Virus record (IMG/VR): IMGVR_UViG_3300037760_000130
Location: 1 to 52,887 of that record
From: a virus
Taxonomy: Duplodnaviria > Caudoviricetes
Strand: one strand, 5' to 3'
Length of the DNA stretch: 52,887 nucleotides
Shown: positions 26,437-35,822 of the stretch, one piece after another
Numbering within the stretch: position 1 is the first letter of the stretch
Layout: each line of letters opens with the position of its first letter
Made by a program: the position numbers and the translations under genes
Notes under the pieces: model-generated
Database searches by the model: none
Told to the model about the DNA's origin: nothing
Seen by the model: only the letters and a program-made list of their open reading frames with translations

Positions 26437-28643
26437 GCAGCCTCCTCAAGCTCGAAGATTTGAGTGCAACGCTCGTTCGGGTCTGAGGGCTCCATCGAGC
26501 CGTTGCTGTACGTCTCGCCGACTTTCCGGCGCTGCCCTTCCATCTCCACGTGTTCGTCCCGAACCCTGTCGTCCTGGGACGTGAGCCACACCTTGTAGAC
26601 AGCCACTCCGGGCGTGCGCTCTTCGTAGGCCTGGAGGGATCTGGTTTGGGCCCCGTTCCAGGCCCTTGACGTCTCGGTCCGAGCCACCAGCTTGGCCCGG
26701 TCGCGGCTGAAGCCAGACGACTCGCGGATCCGCTTAACCAGGCGGCCCACGGTGTCGCCGGCATCGAGCCCGGCCTGGACCACCTCCGCGACGGCTTTGC
26801 CCGTCGTCTCGCCCATGACAGAGGCCAGGAACTCGGCTTCCGCAGCTGCGTACTCGGTGAGCCCGGCCTGGAGCAGGCTGAACGTGAGCCCGACCTGTCC
26901 GGACGCCGCACGGATCGCGGCCTTGCTGGTCTGGTGGATCAGCGGGTAGGAGATCGCCCGCATCCGGGGCACGCCCCTGGCCTTCAGCCAGCGGTCGAGC
27001 TCGATCAGCAGCGCCGCGACCAAGGCCTCGTCGATTTCCTTGGTCTCGAGACCGGCCGGGGCCGATTGCTTCAGGGTGCGCTCGGCGAGCCGTGCGATCG
27101 TGTCGCCCTGCACGGCGAGCTCGTCAGCGATGGGGCCTTCCCACGCGTCGGTGGCCTGCTTCGTCTCGCGATCGAAGCGCGCCCACACCTCGGCCTTGCT
27201 GGTTTTCACGTGGAACGCTGGGGTCCGGCCCGCGGCCTCGGCGCCTTCGTCGTCCTCGTCGGCAGCCGGCAGCGCGAACGGGTTCGCGAACTCCGCCTCG
27301 GAGCCTACGCCCTGCTCAGGCTCCATGAGCTCGGGAACGACGTCGGCTCTCGGATCGTCCACCGGATCAAGCCCGACCATTTCCCGGCGCTCGTTCAGGC
27401 TCGCGATCCGGCGCTGCCTCTCGGCGACCTCACTCATGAGCTTCAGGTCGGGCTGCAACGCCCGGACATGGGACGTGTCGAACACGACGATGCGCTTCCG
27501 GTCGCTCTCGAACGGACGGGCGCCGGTCCGGCTCGGTGCCCACAGCAGTTGCCGCGTGATCGCCTTACTGATCTGCGTCCAATCGGGCTGGATCGTGTCC
27601 TCGTAGGCCATCCGCCGCGCTTCGGGCATGTTGGACCACGGCGCGTTTTCCAGGCCGATCTGGTACTGGAGCACGACGGCCGGGACGCCGAATGTCGCAG
27701 CCACCACGGACTCGACGCGGCTCAGGATGTCGCCCGGAATCAGGTCCTTCAGCGTGAGCCCGACCTTGGTCGCGGTGCCGCCGCCCAGGAGTCCGAGCGG
27801 GCCTCCCTTGTGCTCGCGGCGGGCGTACTCGCGGAGCTGCTGCTTGAACTTGTTCCATTCGTCATCGCCCGGATCCCAATCCTTGTCGGTCTGGACGATG
27901 ACGGAGGGAAAGAGGGCGTTACGCAGGATGTCCTTCGTCGAGGCCAGCGCATGCTTGCCGAGATTCAGCCACGACAGCGCCACGTCGACCTTGCTCATGC
28001 CATGGTGCCAGTCGTCCGGGTGGGCCTCCTGGAAGAAGACCACGTCGTCGGGCCCCACCTCGAGCGTGCCAGTCGCCGTCTGGATCCGGAAGCGCCCGTA
28101 GATTCGACCGTCCGCCGCCTCGACCGTGAACTGTGAGCCCGGGAACGGCGTGAGTCGTCCGATCGAGCCGCCCCGGTTGCTGTCTTTCAGCCACAGCGTC
28201 TGGCCGTGCACGTCCAGGTGGGCGACGGTGCGCTGAATGAGCGCGCCCATGTCGAAGTCGGGCGAGGGCTCGTCGAGCAGCTGCGCAAGCGGGTGGTCCG
28301 GCAACCATTCGCCGGTCGACGTCTGGCGGCCCTCGGAGCGCATCACGATCAGCGGGGCCTCGGCGATCTTCCGCATCCGCCAGCGGATCGCGACGTAGCA
28401 GTAGGCTGAGGCCGCGAAAGCGGTGGCCCGACTCACGCGGTCGACGTCGGTTGTGCTGCCGCCGAACAGGCGGGTGATGTTCTGGAGCGACGTGTCGGGG
28501 CTGAAGAACTCGATGGTGGGATCGAGGCTCAGCGTGACGCCTTTGGACTCGGCGGGGTCAGCCGCTTTCCCGTTGCCGTTCGAACCGTTCGGCAACGGGC
28601 GGTCGGGGAAGAGCCCCAAGCGGCTTCGCAGTGCTTCCAGCAA
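26433..28643 (-). CDS. Portal protein fused to C-terminal MuF/SPP1 gp7-like head morphogenesis domain
   Basis: Portal motifs (HPLAQLLDEPSP, FGVPAVVL, SLNERREMVGLDPV); C-terminal RAKLVARTETSRA, KVWLTSQDDRVRDEH, PNERC typical of MuF. Confidence 0.85.
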   Translation of the reverse strand: MLEALRSRLGLFPDRPLPNGSNGNGKAADPAESKGVTLSLDPTIEFFSPDTSLQNITRLFGGSTTDVDRVSRATAFAASAYCYVAIRWRMRKIAEAPLIVMRSEGRQTSTGEWLPDHPLAQLLDEPSPDFDMGALIQRTVAHLDVHGQTLWLKDSNRGGSIGRLTPFPGSQFTVEAADGRIYGRFRIQTATGTLEVGPDDVVFFQEAHPDDWHHGMSKVDVALSWLNLGKHALASTKDILRNALFPSVIVQTDKDWDPGDDEWNKFKQQLREYARREHKGGPLGLLGGGTATKVGLTLKDLIPGDILSRVESVVAATFGVPAVVLQYQIGLENAPWSNMPEARRMAYEDTIQPDWTQISKAITRQLLWAPSRTGARPFESDRKRIVVFDTSHVRALQPDLKLMSEVAERQRRIASLNERREMVGLDPVDDPRADVVPELMEPEQGVGSEAEFANPFALPAADEDDEGAEAAGRTPAFHVKTSKAEVWARFDRETKQATDAWEGPIADELAVQGDTIARLAERTLKQSAPAGLETKEIDEALVAALLIELDRWLKARGVPRMRAISYPLIHQTSKAAIRAASGQVGLTFSLLQAGLTEYAAAEAEFLASVMGETTGKAVAEVVQAGLDAGDTVGRLVKRIRESSGFSRDRAKLVARTETSRAWNGAQTRSLQAYEERTPGVAVYKVWLTSQDDRVRDEHVEMEGQRRKVGETYSNGSMEPSDPNERCTQIFELEEAA

Positions 28644-28654
28644 CGTGACCCCTG

Positions 28655-28707
28655 AAAACGAGACAAGGCGGTGCCATCGGCTGCCGGTCCGGCAGGTGGC
28701 ACCGCCT
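28655..28707 (-). terminator. Intrinsic terminator/attenuator in the late leader
   Basis: AGGCGGTGCCA...TGGCACCGCCT 11-bp stem with inner CTGCCGG/CCGGCAG, followed by TGTCTCGTTTT. Confidence 0.6.
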
Positions 28708-28776
28708 CATCGAGCGGGCTCTACGTGTGGAATTGGCCAGGCGAACACCCGATGCGGGAGTCGGCCTGTTGCAGGT

Positions 28777-28805
28777 ATGCTACAGGCAGGGGGTCGGGGC
28801 GTCAA
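28777..28805 (-). promoter_or_regulatory. Sigma70-type promoter upstream of portal (late/structural operon)
   Basis: TTGACG-17 nt-TAGCAT. Confidence 0.65.
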
Positions 28806-28844
28806 GGATCGTGCATGAACCGAGATAGCCACCTCACCGCGACA

Positions 28845-29063
28845 TCAACGCGGGTAGAACCCCACACCGATCTCAATACACTCCTGGTCCATCAAGCGCT
28901 TCTGCCACTCGCTCGCGTCGTCGTCGAATTCTAGCTCGGCCCACTCGTCGCCGACGCCCGTGACGCGTCCCCAGGATGTGTCTCCAGTAGAAATATCCTG
29001 GAAGGTAATCTCGCCTCCGAGGACGTACGGGTGGCCCTTCGTGACCTTAACGCGAATCTTCAT
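28845..29063 (-). CDS. Hypothetical protein
   Basis: GGAG RBS, MKIRVKVTKGHPY... Confidence 0.55.
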   Translation of the reverse strand: MKIRVKVTKGHPYVLGGEITFQDISTGDTSWGRVTGVGDEWAELEFDDDASEWQKRLMDQECIEIGVGFYPR

Positions 29064-29212
29064 GGGGTCTCCGTATCGGGATGGGCGAAGATGACGAACG
29101 CAGCCGCCGGGATCGCCAGCAGCCACGCCCAGTGACCCCACGTGCCGATTGCGTATCCGCAGGCAACGCCGAGCCACAGCGCCAGATTGGCGAACGTCTT
29201 GGAACGGCTCAT
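29060..29212 (-). CDS. Small membrane protein (not in ORF track)
   Basis: MSRSKTFANLALWLGVACGYAIGTWGHWAWLLAIPAAAFVIFAHPDTETP*; ATGA overlaps at both ends. Confidence 0.55.
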   Translation of the reverse strand: MSRSKTFANLALWLGVACGYAIGTWGHWAWLLAIPAAAFVIFAHPDTETP

Positions 29213-29499
29213 GGCTCCCTCGGTGGCAGTAGGGCGGCGATGCGGTCGCGCAGCGCCTCCAGCCGCCGAGCCCCGTGCGCCAGTTCTGGCCGGTATGTAT
29301 CGCCCATTCCTTGCCTAGCATTTCTATCGGCTACCCGGGAGGCTATGCGTAGCAGCTCCACGTCGTCCCATGTGAACCCGAACGGCTGGCCGTGGAGAAA
29401 GAGGGCGGCGAGGGCGTGGCGGTCGCGTTCACCACCGCCCATTCTGAGACTGCCCTGCCACTCCTCCGGCGTCAGAGCCGGCCGTGTCTCATCGCTCAT
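29209..29499 (-). CDS. Hypothetical protein
   Basis: GGAGG RBS, MSDETRPALTPEEW...PFGFTWDDVELL. Confidence 0.6.
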   Translation of the reverse strand: MSDETRPALTPEEWQGSLRMGGGERDRHALAALFLHGQPFGFTWDDVELLRIASRVADRNARQGMGDTYRPELAHGARRLEALRDRIAALLPPREP

Positions 29500-29772
29500 G
29501 CCTACCTCCGAATTAGGGTTCCGTCCACAGGATCGCCCACAGGGCCAAGGAATACCAGATCGTCGCCGCCCGAACCTGCCCAGCGTGAGCGTCCACGTCA
29601 GCACCCACCAAGGCAGCGCGACCAAGCCCGCGAAATCCGTTGGGACATGCCAATCCCTGCACCAGAGACGATGGCGCACAGTCGGCCCATTCCCCCGTGT
29701 CGCGATAATGTCAGGGAGTCGTTCCATGCTCATGTTCGGAAGTCTCGGCAGAGGCCTAGGCATCCATCCCCA

Positions 29773-29985
29773 TCACGCCACCCGCTCCCCGACCCGCTCC
29801 ACCGCCCCAGCCGGCACCACGTGCACCTCGCCGCACCGACATTGCCACGTCATCACCGGCTCGTCGTCCGGTACGTCCTCGAGCGCCCGGAGCGCTCGGA
29901 GCGCGCGCCGCATCAGCGCGAAGACCCTGAAGTTCGGGCGGTTGCCGCAGAGCCCGCACTCGTAGTCAAGCCGGCGGAGCGTCAC
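29773..29985 (-). CDS. Small zinc-finger protein
   Basis: GTG overlaps TerL stop; YECGLCG...QCRCGEVH. Confidence 0.55.
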   Translation of the reverse strand: MTLRRLDYECGLCGNRPNFRVFALMRRALRALRALEDVPDDEPVMTWQCRCGEVHVVPAGAVERVGERVA

Positions 29986-31541
29986 GCGGCCTCCCCCTCT
30001 TCGTTTTCGTCGTCCATGCCGGGGAACCAGACGCGGGCCACCCCCTTGCGTCTGGTGAGTGCCAGCTTCGTTAGCACCCAGACCAGCGCGTCCATGCGGT
30101 TCGGGCTCCACTTCTCGCCCGGCACCCACGTCGTCATTTCCTGCTCGAGCTCCGGGAACACGCCGACGTGGTCGACCATGCCGTCCTCGTAGAGCGACGC
30201 GACCGGCTCGGCTCGGACCGCCTTGCCGCGGCTGGCGTTCACCATCTCGACCGGCACGCGCCGATCCTCCCCGGCCGCGACCTGGATGTTCGACGCGACC
30301 ATGTCGCCCCCGTAGTTCTTCTCGGCGACGATCCGGTCCGCCTCCAGGTCGTCGTACACCTGCACGCTCTTCCGGCCCCAGTTCAGCGAGCCGAGCGAGC
30401 CTTTCTGGGTCGCGTCGCGCAGCACGTAGTACCGACCGTCGTGCCCCTCGCCGGCCGCGACGATCCCGATCTCGTCGCCGCCGCCGGAGGGGTCTACGCC
30501 CACCACGATCCGGCGCAGGGACGGCGCTTCGTCTCGGTGCCCGATGATCGCCTGTTTCCAGAGCGCGCCCTCCCGTTCGTGGACCTGATGCTGGCACTCC
30601 TGTAAGAAGGCCCTGAGCCCGATCTTGTCGACCTCGGCCTGGCAATCGTCAAGGTCCTGGCCTTCCCAGGTGGCGCGGCCGCCGGTAATCACGGCCCGGA
30701 CCCTGCCCGTCTTTCGGTCGGCCCGTATTTCCGTTTTGAGGTCCTCCACCGCAGGATGGGGTCCGCTCACGATCCGGCGGGCCAGGAAGTCGGCGCGGCC
30801 GTCGGCCAGCCGGGAGAAGATGCCGTGCGGGATAATCAGGTTCTGGATCGCGACGATTGCCGTCCGGGCCGTGCCGGCCGGTAGGATCGAGTGGGTCAGC
30901 GTCTCGGTCTTCTTCGCGGTCGCGGCCGGGCTGTCGTGCTTGGCGTCCAGGTCGTCGAGCACGATGAAGTCGGGCCGCAGCTCACCGACCTTGAGGCCCC
31001 GCGCTGCGGTATCGAGACCGATCGCGTCGACCGTGAAACCGCCCTCGGTGCGTAGACGCTGCGAGCTCCAGCCTCGGGAATGGCCGTACTTGCTCAGCTT
31101 GCGACGGGCATGGCTCGGATAATATTCCTCGACCGCATCGGACTCGAGCAGCTCGGCGATGTTAACCAGGCTGTCGTTGGCGCGGTCCTGGGTCTCCCGA
31201 ACGTACCAGCCGTATCGCCGCCGCCCACGCAACCCGACCGCGACCATGATCAGCTCGGCCGTCTGGCTCTTGCCGCCCCCTCTGGGCCATACACCTACGA
31301 ACGGCGCCGCTGCATCCCCTGGCCCCCGGATGCCCCAAGCCCAGGCCCAGGCCTCGCGGTGCCGCTCAGCGAACGACGCGGTGACGTGGCGAGGGAACAA
31401 CTCCTGCACCCACGGCTCCCAGTCGGTGGGGGCCCGCCGGGTTGTGGCTTCTGCGTCGAGGGCACCCTGCTCCTCGCGCTCCAACTCGATCGCTCGGAGA
31501 TCCAGGCAGAGCAGCGCGAAGTCCACGTCGGGGTCAGCCAT
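29982..31541 (-). CDS. terL: Terminase large subunit
   Basis: Walker A PRGGGKS, Walker B FIVLDD, nuclease GVDPSGG and SPNRMDA. Confidence 0.95.
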   Translation of the reverse strand: MADPDVDFALLCLDLRAIELEREEQGALDAEATTRRAPTDWEPWVQELFPRHVTASFAERHREAWAWAWGIRGPGDAAAPFVGVWPRGGGKSQTAELIMVAVGLRGRRRYGWYVRETQDRANDSLVNIAELLESDAVEEYYPSHARRKLSKYGHSRGWSSQRLRTEGGFTVDAIGLDTAARGLKVGELRPDFIVLDDLDAKHDSPAATAKKTETLTHSILPAGTARTAIVAIQNLIIPHGIFSRLADGRADFLARRIVSGPHPAVEDLKTEIRADRKTGRVRAVITGGRATWEGQDLDDCQAEVDKIGLRAFLQECQHQVHEREGALWKQAIIGHRDEAPSLRRIVVGVDPSGGGDEIGIVAAGEGHDGRYYVLRDATQKGSLGSLNWGRKSVQVYDDLEADRIVAEKNYGGDMVASNIQVAAGEDRRVPVEMVNASRGKAVRAEPVASLYEDGMVDHVGVFPELEQEMTTWVPGEKWSPNRMDALVWVLTKLALTRRKGVARVWFPGMDDENEEGEAA

Positions 31542-31549
31542 CGCGGGCC

Positions 31550-32050
31550 TCAGTCATCGATCATGCCTCCCGGTCCCAGCAGCTTCTGGAGCTCCTCGCG
31601 CCGTTGGTCTTCCGGCAACTCCCGTAGCCTTCGCACCTCGTCGGCCGGGAGGCTCGCGATCAGCTGTTGCACGCTCATCCGGACGTCGAGGCGCTTGGTT
31701 GGGGGGGCGAAGTTCGGATCGCGCCGCTCGAGGTACCACTTCATCACATCCGTTTCGCCATTCGTGAGCGCCCGAGCTAGGGCCCGGCGCGCCTGGCTGT
31801 CGGTGTGCCGCAGGAACCGGTGGTAGGCTTGGGCCTCGGCCTCGGGCCACCATTCCGAGTGGACCCAGCGCTGCATCGTCCGATAGCTCACCCCGGCGAA
31901 TGCGGCAGCCTGCTTCATCGTCTCTACGACCTGGTACAAATACGCCGCGTACAACGCCTTACCCCAGTCGGTCGGCTTCGCGACCGTCTCTGGGCCAAGT
32001 GCCGCAGACTCGTCGACGACGTCATCGTCTTGGGGCTGCTCGTCTGTCAC
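31550..32050 (-). CDS. Terminase small subunit (HTH)
   Basis: KQAAAFAGVSYRTMQRW HTH, KWYLERRDP; directly upstream of terL. Confidence 0.7.
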   Translation of the reverse strand: MTDEQPQDDDVVDESAALGPETVAKPTDWGKALYAAYLYQVVETMKQAAAFAGVSYRTMQRWVHSEWWPEAEAQAYHRFLRHTDSQARRALARALTNGETDVMKWYLERRDPNFAPPTKRLDVRMSVQQLIASLPADEVRRLRELPEDQRREELQKLLGPGGMIDD

Positions 32051-32254
32051 GTCGCATGCCTCCGATCGCGCCCCTTCACTTGATCGAATGCGATATCCCG
32101 CCCTACCCACGGGTGAGGATGCGAGGTGAGCATCATGCCGAGGCCGGTGCTTCGCGTTTCCAGCCGCGAACATACAGGCTCCATCCGCGTTGGTTGGCCA
32201 TTGTTTCGTTCTCCGGGTTCAGGGTCAGCCACCGGGCCAGCGAGACGGCGGTGC

Positions 32255-33325
32255 TCATGCGGCGCCCTTGTCGAGGCCCAGGATGTCCGCTATCAGGGTG
32301 GGGCCGTCGCGAGACCGGCGCCCGCCTTCTCCGGCCTCGTGCTTCCGCCATCGGTCTTCGGCCACCGCGAACAGCGGCCGCAGGGCGGTGCCGTCGCCCT
32401 GGTCGGCGACGACTTCCGCCTTGACGAGTGCTGCCAGCGTGTAGGACGTGCCAACCTCGAGCCAGGTCCCACCCTCTCGGCGAAGGAGGCACGCACCCTC
32501 GATCGCCGCCAGGACGCTCCACGGGTCCCGGTTCTTCTTGTAGCGCCAGGTCGTCAGGATGTCCCGGTTCCGGGCCTCGTCTCGGTAGCTGAGTTTGCCG
32601 AGCCCGAGCTTGAGATGGGCCTTCTTCGCGATCTCAGCCCACAGGGCATCGGTGCGCTCGTCGGTCCCGGTGCTCGCGTGTGCTGTTGGTTCTGCGTTTT
32701 CTTCCAACCCGGCGCGCCGCTCGGTTTCGGGTGCCGTCTTCGTTTCGACTACCGGTGAGGTAGTAGAAGACGGGGGTTTTGTATGGGATGGGGAAGGGGA
32801 TGGGGAAGGGGATGGTTCCGTATAGGCATTACCATACCCATTCGATTCATAGCCCATGCGATACCCTATGCCATACCCATTAGAATCGGGATATTCAGGA
32901 GCGATGGTTTCGCCGTCCGGGTCTGGGTCGTCCAAGCCGTAGCGAGCGAGAAAATCGACGACGATCTGGAGGCGAGGCAAGGACTGGATTTGGTTGAGTA
33001 CGTAGGTGCGGTGCTTGTCGTTCTTCATACTCATGTTCGGCTCGTGCTCCAACCCATCGACGAGCCACCAGACTTTCCACTCGCGCCGAATCCACCCAGC
33101 GCGCTCTAGCTCTTGGGCCGCGAGTTCGACGATGTCCACAGGTAGCCCGGTTTGCTCCGACAGCACCGCCGGGTAGGCAATCTGTATGCCTGTGGCACCC
33201 ATCGTGTTTTTGAGCACGTACAGCAGCAATCGAGCGGGCGCCTGCATGCACTGAAATTTCGGGTGGTCGGGCAGTGACTCGTAGATCGGCCGAAATTCAC
33301 CTTTTGCCTTGTTGGGTATGCCCAT
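32255..33325 (-). CDS. Replication initiator (lambda O-like architecture)
   Basis: N-terminal wHTH-like region, low-complexity central linker (GY repeats, PSPSPSPS) carrying DNA repeats, C-terminal helical domain. Confidence 0.65.
   Translation of the reverse strand: MGIPNKAKGEFRPIYESLPDHPKFQCMQAPARLLLYVLKNTMGATGIQIAYPAVLSEQTGLPVDIVELAAQELERAGWIRREWKVWWLVDGLEHEPNMSMKNDKHRTYVLNQIQSLPRLQIVVDFLARYGLDDPDPDGETIAPEYPDSNGYGIGYRMGYESNGYGNAYTEPSPSPSPSPSHTKPPSSTTSPVVETKTAPETERRAGLEENAEPTAHASTGTDERTDALWAEIAKKAHLKLGLGKLSYRDEARNRDILTTWRYKKNRDPWSVLAAIEGACLLRREGGTWLEVGTSYTLAALVKAEVVADQGDGTALRPLFAVAEDRWRKHEAGEGGRRSRDGPTLIADILGLDKGAA
32785..32890. repeat. Putative replication origin repeats inside the initiator gene
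   Basis: (GGGATGGGGAAG)x2 plus GGGATGG, then CCATACCCATT x2 with ATAGCCCAT/ATACCCTAT variants; locally AT-rich. Confidence 0.55.
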
Positions 33326-33388
33326 AATCCTACGCCGCCTCGCCGTTGTCTGCTGGTTCGTCTACCGGCCCCACATGAGCCGTGCTCA

Positions 33389-33685
33389 TCAGTCCGCAGC
33401 CTCACTCTGTGCGTGTTGCTCTGACCACCAACGCTCGAACGCGCCGGCTTTTCTGTTCGCTTCCCGCATTCGTTCCTCGTGACCAGCGCCCCCGATGTGC
33501 GCGCCGGCGAGGTGGCACTCCTTCGCGTAGGACGGATCGTCTCTCGCGTCGTACGCATAGATCGAGTAGCTGCCAGGGATCAGCCGCGCCGACGGCCAGC
33601 CGTGCACCGGGTGGGAAATATCCCGCCGTCGCGCCGTGATGCTGGCCTTCCACCGCTCGTTGATGGCCACCGCTGGCTTGCTCAT
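33389..33685 (-). CDS. Hypothetical protein
   Basis: GGAGG RBS; MSKPAVAINERW... Confidence 0.55.
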   Translation of the reverse strand: MSKPAVAINERWKASITARRRDISHPVHGWPSARLIPGSYSIYAYDARDDPSYAKECHLAGAHIGGAGHEERMREANRKAGAFERWWSEQHAQSEAAD

Positions 33686-34716
33686 CCGAGGCCCTCCCGC
33701 ACCAGCGCCCACACAGCATCCCGCCGAGCCCAATTCCGCACCTCACGCTCAACCCCGTCCAGCACGAACGTCACCCGCAGCACGTCCGGCCCTGGCGCAC
33801 GCTCCGGACACGCCCGTTCGGTCAGCCCGGCCACGTCGAGCGTGTAGCGGTAGCGGCGACCGTCGATGGTGAGCTCGCCGGTGAGGGCCGCGGGCGGGCC
33901 TGCGAGCGCGGGCGGGCCTGCGGGCTCGGGCGGGTCGAAGAGGCTGGGTGCGCGCGGGTCGTGGGTCATGTCCTGTTCGGACAAAGGCGTCTGTATTGCC
34001 TTCTTAACGGCCTTCGCCACCGCCCTTCCAAGGGGCACTGGCACGCCGTTACCGACTACCTTGTGCTTGCCAGCCACCGTGAACGGGGCGTCGGCCAAGA
34101 AGTCAGCGGGGAGCCCTTGCACGCGAAGGGCACGCTCTAATCCACCGCGGTCCTGGTAGCTGATCTCCCGGAGCCGCGTGCTCTTGACCTTGCCGGACCC
34201 GCCAAGCGCGACCGGGATCGTCCTGCCGCCACCGCTCGCATATGCCGAGGGCTCTGGTTCCTGGCTGTGCAGAGCCAACGTCTCCACCACGAGATTCCGG
34301 CCGTCGCGCGTCCCGAAAGAGAAGCGCCGCAGCCGATTGGTGACGCCGCCCTCAACCCAGATGTCCCGCAGGAGCTGGGCGTGGACGTCGTAGCCCTCAA
34401 CGGCCGGCGGTGGCGCAGCCTCGACGTTCTCCATCAGAAACCACGACGGCGCCGCTTCCGCCACGCACCGCTCGAACTCAGGAATCAGGTTACCGACATT
34501 CTCGCCGCACTTCGGATTGACGTGCCGCAGGCGTGAGAACATCTGACACGGCGGCCCCCCAATCACGCCATCGAACTTCCCCGCAGGCGGATGGAAGCGC
34601 CGAATGTCGCCACCCCAAAGCAGGTCGGGCCCGCGTACCACGCAGAACCCCGATTCCTCGAAAGCCATGTCGAGCAAGCCGATACCCGGGAAGAGAGACA
34701 GCACGAGGCCGCTCAC
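33682..34716 (-). CDS. DNA cytosine-C5 methyltransferase, read in frame into an unrelated C-terminal region
   Basis: LSLFPGIG (motif I), GGPPCQ (IV), MENV (VI), RxR (VIII), VGNGVP (X); Pro-rich extension starts at MTHD (33969). Confidence 0.9.
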   Translation of the reverse strand: MSGLVLSLFPGIGLLDMAFEESGFCVVRGPDLLWGGDIRRFHPPAGKFDGVIGGPPCQMFSRLRHVNPKCGENVGNLIPEFERCVAEAAPSWFLMENVEAAPPPAVEGYDVHAQLLRDIWVEGGVTNRLRRFSFGTRDGRNLVVETLALHSQEPEPSAYASGGGRTIPVALGGSGKVKSTRLREISYQDRGGLERALRVQGLPADFLADAPFTVAGKHKVVGNGVPVPLGRAVAKAVKKAIQTPLSEQDMTHDPRAPSLFDPPEPAGPPALAGPPAALTGELTIDGRRYRYTLDVAGLTERACPERAPGPDVLRVTFVLDGVEREVRNWARRDAVWALVREGLG

Positions 34717-34774
34717 GACCGCATCCTCTCCGGCAACTCCGCCAGAAAGTCGAGGATCGCCACGAGCAGGAGGG

Positions 34775-35248
34775 TCACGGCAGCACCTCGTACTCCGCTT
34801 CCTGCGGCTCGCGGGGTGCGGGCAGGGCGAGCGTGTCCCGGCTCCGCATCACCTCCCACATCGTCTCGCCGGTCGGCGTCTCGGCCATTCCGAGGAGCAC
34901 CTGAGCCGCCGAGAACATGCCCGTCTCGGTAGCCAGCAAGATGCCTTCAAGGATGCCCTTCAGCTGCCGCCAAGCGACTCGCTCCACTTGCTCGTCGTCG
35001 TCGATGCGGTGTTGCTCGCGGAGCGCCCTACGGAGTCCGTCCGTCTGGGGCGCGAGCACGATGGGCATGAAACCGAAAGCGGCCTCGGGCACGGGCAGGT
35101 TGAACCGGATTGCGACCGTGCGTCCGGCCTCCCAAACCTGCTCGAATCGCTGGGCACCGTATTCGCGCAGCATGGTCGCGACCTCCTGCATGGACTTCTC
35201 CACGCTCACGGAGGTCGAGTAGTACCGGACGCTCCCCTGCTTGCTCAC
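34775..35248 (-). CDS. Conserved-type phage hypothetical protein
   Basis: STSVSVEKSMQEVATMLREYGA...ERVAWRQL...FSAAQVLLG. Confidence 0.7.
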   Translation of the reverse strand: MSKQGSVRYYSTSVSVEKSMQEVATMLREYGAQRFEQVWEAGRTVAIRFNLPVPEAAFGFMPIVLAPQTDGLRRALREQHRIDDDEQVERVAWRQLKGILEGILLATETGMFSAAQVLLGMAETPTGETMWEVMRSRDTLALPAPREPQEAEYEVLP

Positions 35249-35604
35249 GGCTCGACTCCCAGCGCACGGAGCGCGGCGAGGCAGATGGCGTGGGCGAGCG
35301 TCGGCGCACTTCCTTCGTGGTCCGGACGCCCATTCCATCCCGTCGTCTCGTGCGGCGTGAAGCCTGCGTGGTACGGGGCCCCGGGATAGAACGGCGTCGT
35401 CATCCGGCACCAGAACCCGCGCTCGCCCATCTTCTCGACCACCTCGAACGCGGCGGCGAAGTCGGTGGAGTAACGGGGTAACGCACGCCGTACCCCCCCG
35501 CCTGGGTCGTAGTAGAGGCGGGACAGCCAGCGACCCGTCACGGAGATTCCCATGACCTTCTCGGCTACGATGGCGTCCATCTCCCGGCCCGGCTCCGTGC
35601 TCAC
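35245..35604 (-). CDS. Phage ABA-sandwich domain protein
   Basis: PGREMDAIVAEKVMG, PRYSTDFAAAFEVVEKM, AHAICLAAL. Confidence 0.8.
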   Translation of the reverse strand: MSTEPGREMDAIVAEKVMGISVTGRWLSRLYYDPGGGVRRALPRYSTDFAAAFEVVEKMGERGFWCRMTTPFYPGAPYHAGFTPHETTGWNGRPDHEGSAPTLAHAICLAALRALGVEP

Positions 35605-35822
35605 GGCTCGACTCCCGTCTCAGGCTCGCCCAGCTCCGGCACGTCGTAGCTCGCCGTGCCCTCGCAGCGCAGCCCGTAGGCGAACCCTGCGTTGTACGCC
35701 GCACCTTCCGCTCGCTCGCGACTCGCCCGCTCGACGTGGATGCCGAACCAGAAGCCCGCGAGCGCAGCCAGGTCAGGATGTAGGCGCCGAGGGTGGTCAC
35801 CCCATTCATAACGGCGCCCCAT
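35601..35822 (-). CDS. Small hypothetical protein
   Basis: Fills gap with overlapping neighbours. Confidence 0.4.
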   Translation of the reverse strand: MGRRYEWGDHPRRLHPDLAALAGFWFGIHVERASRERAEGAAYNAGFAYGLRCEGTASYDVPELGEPETGVEP

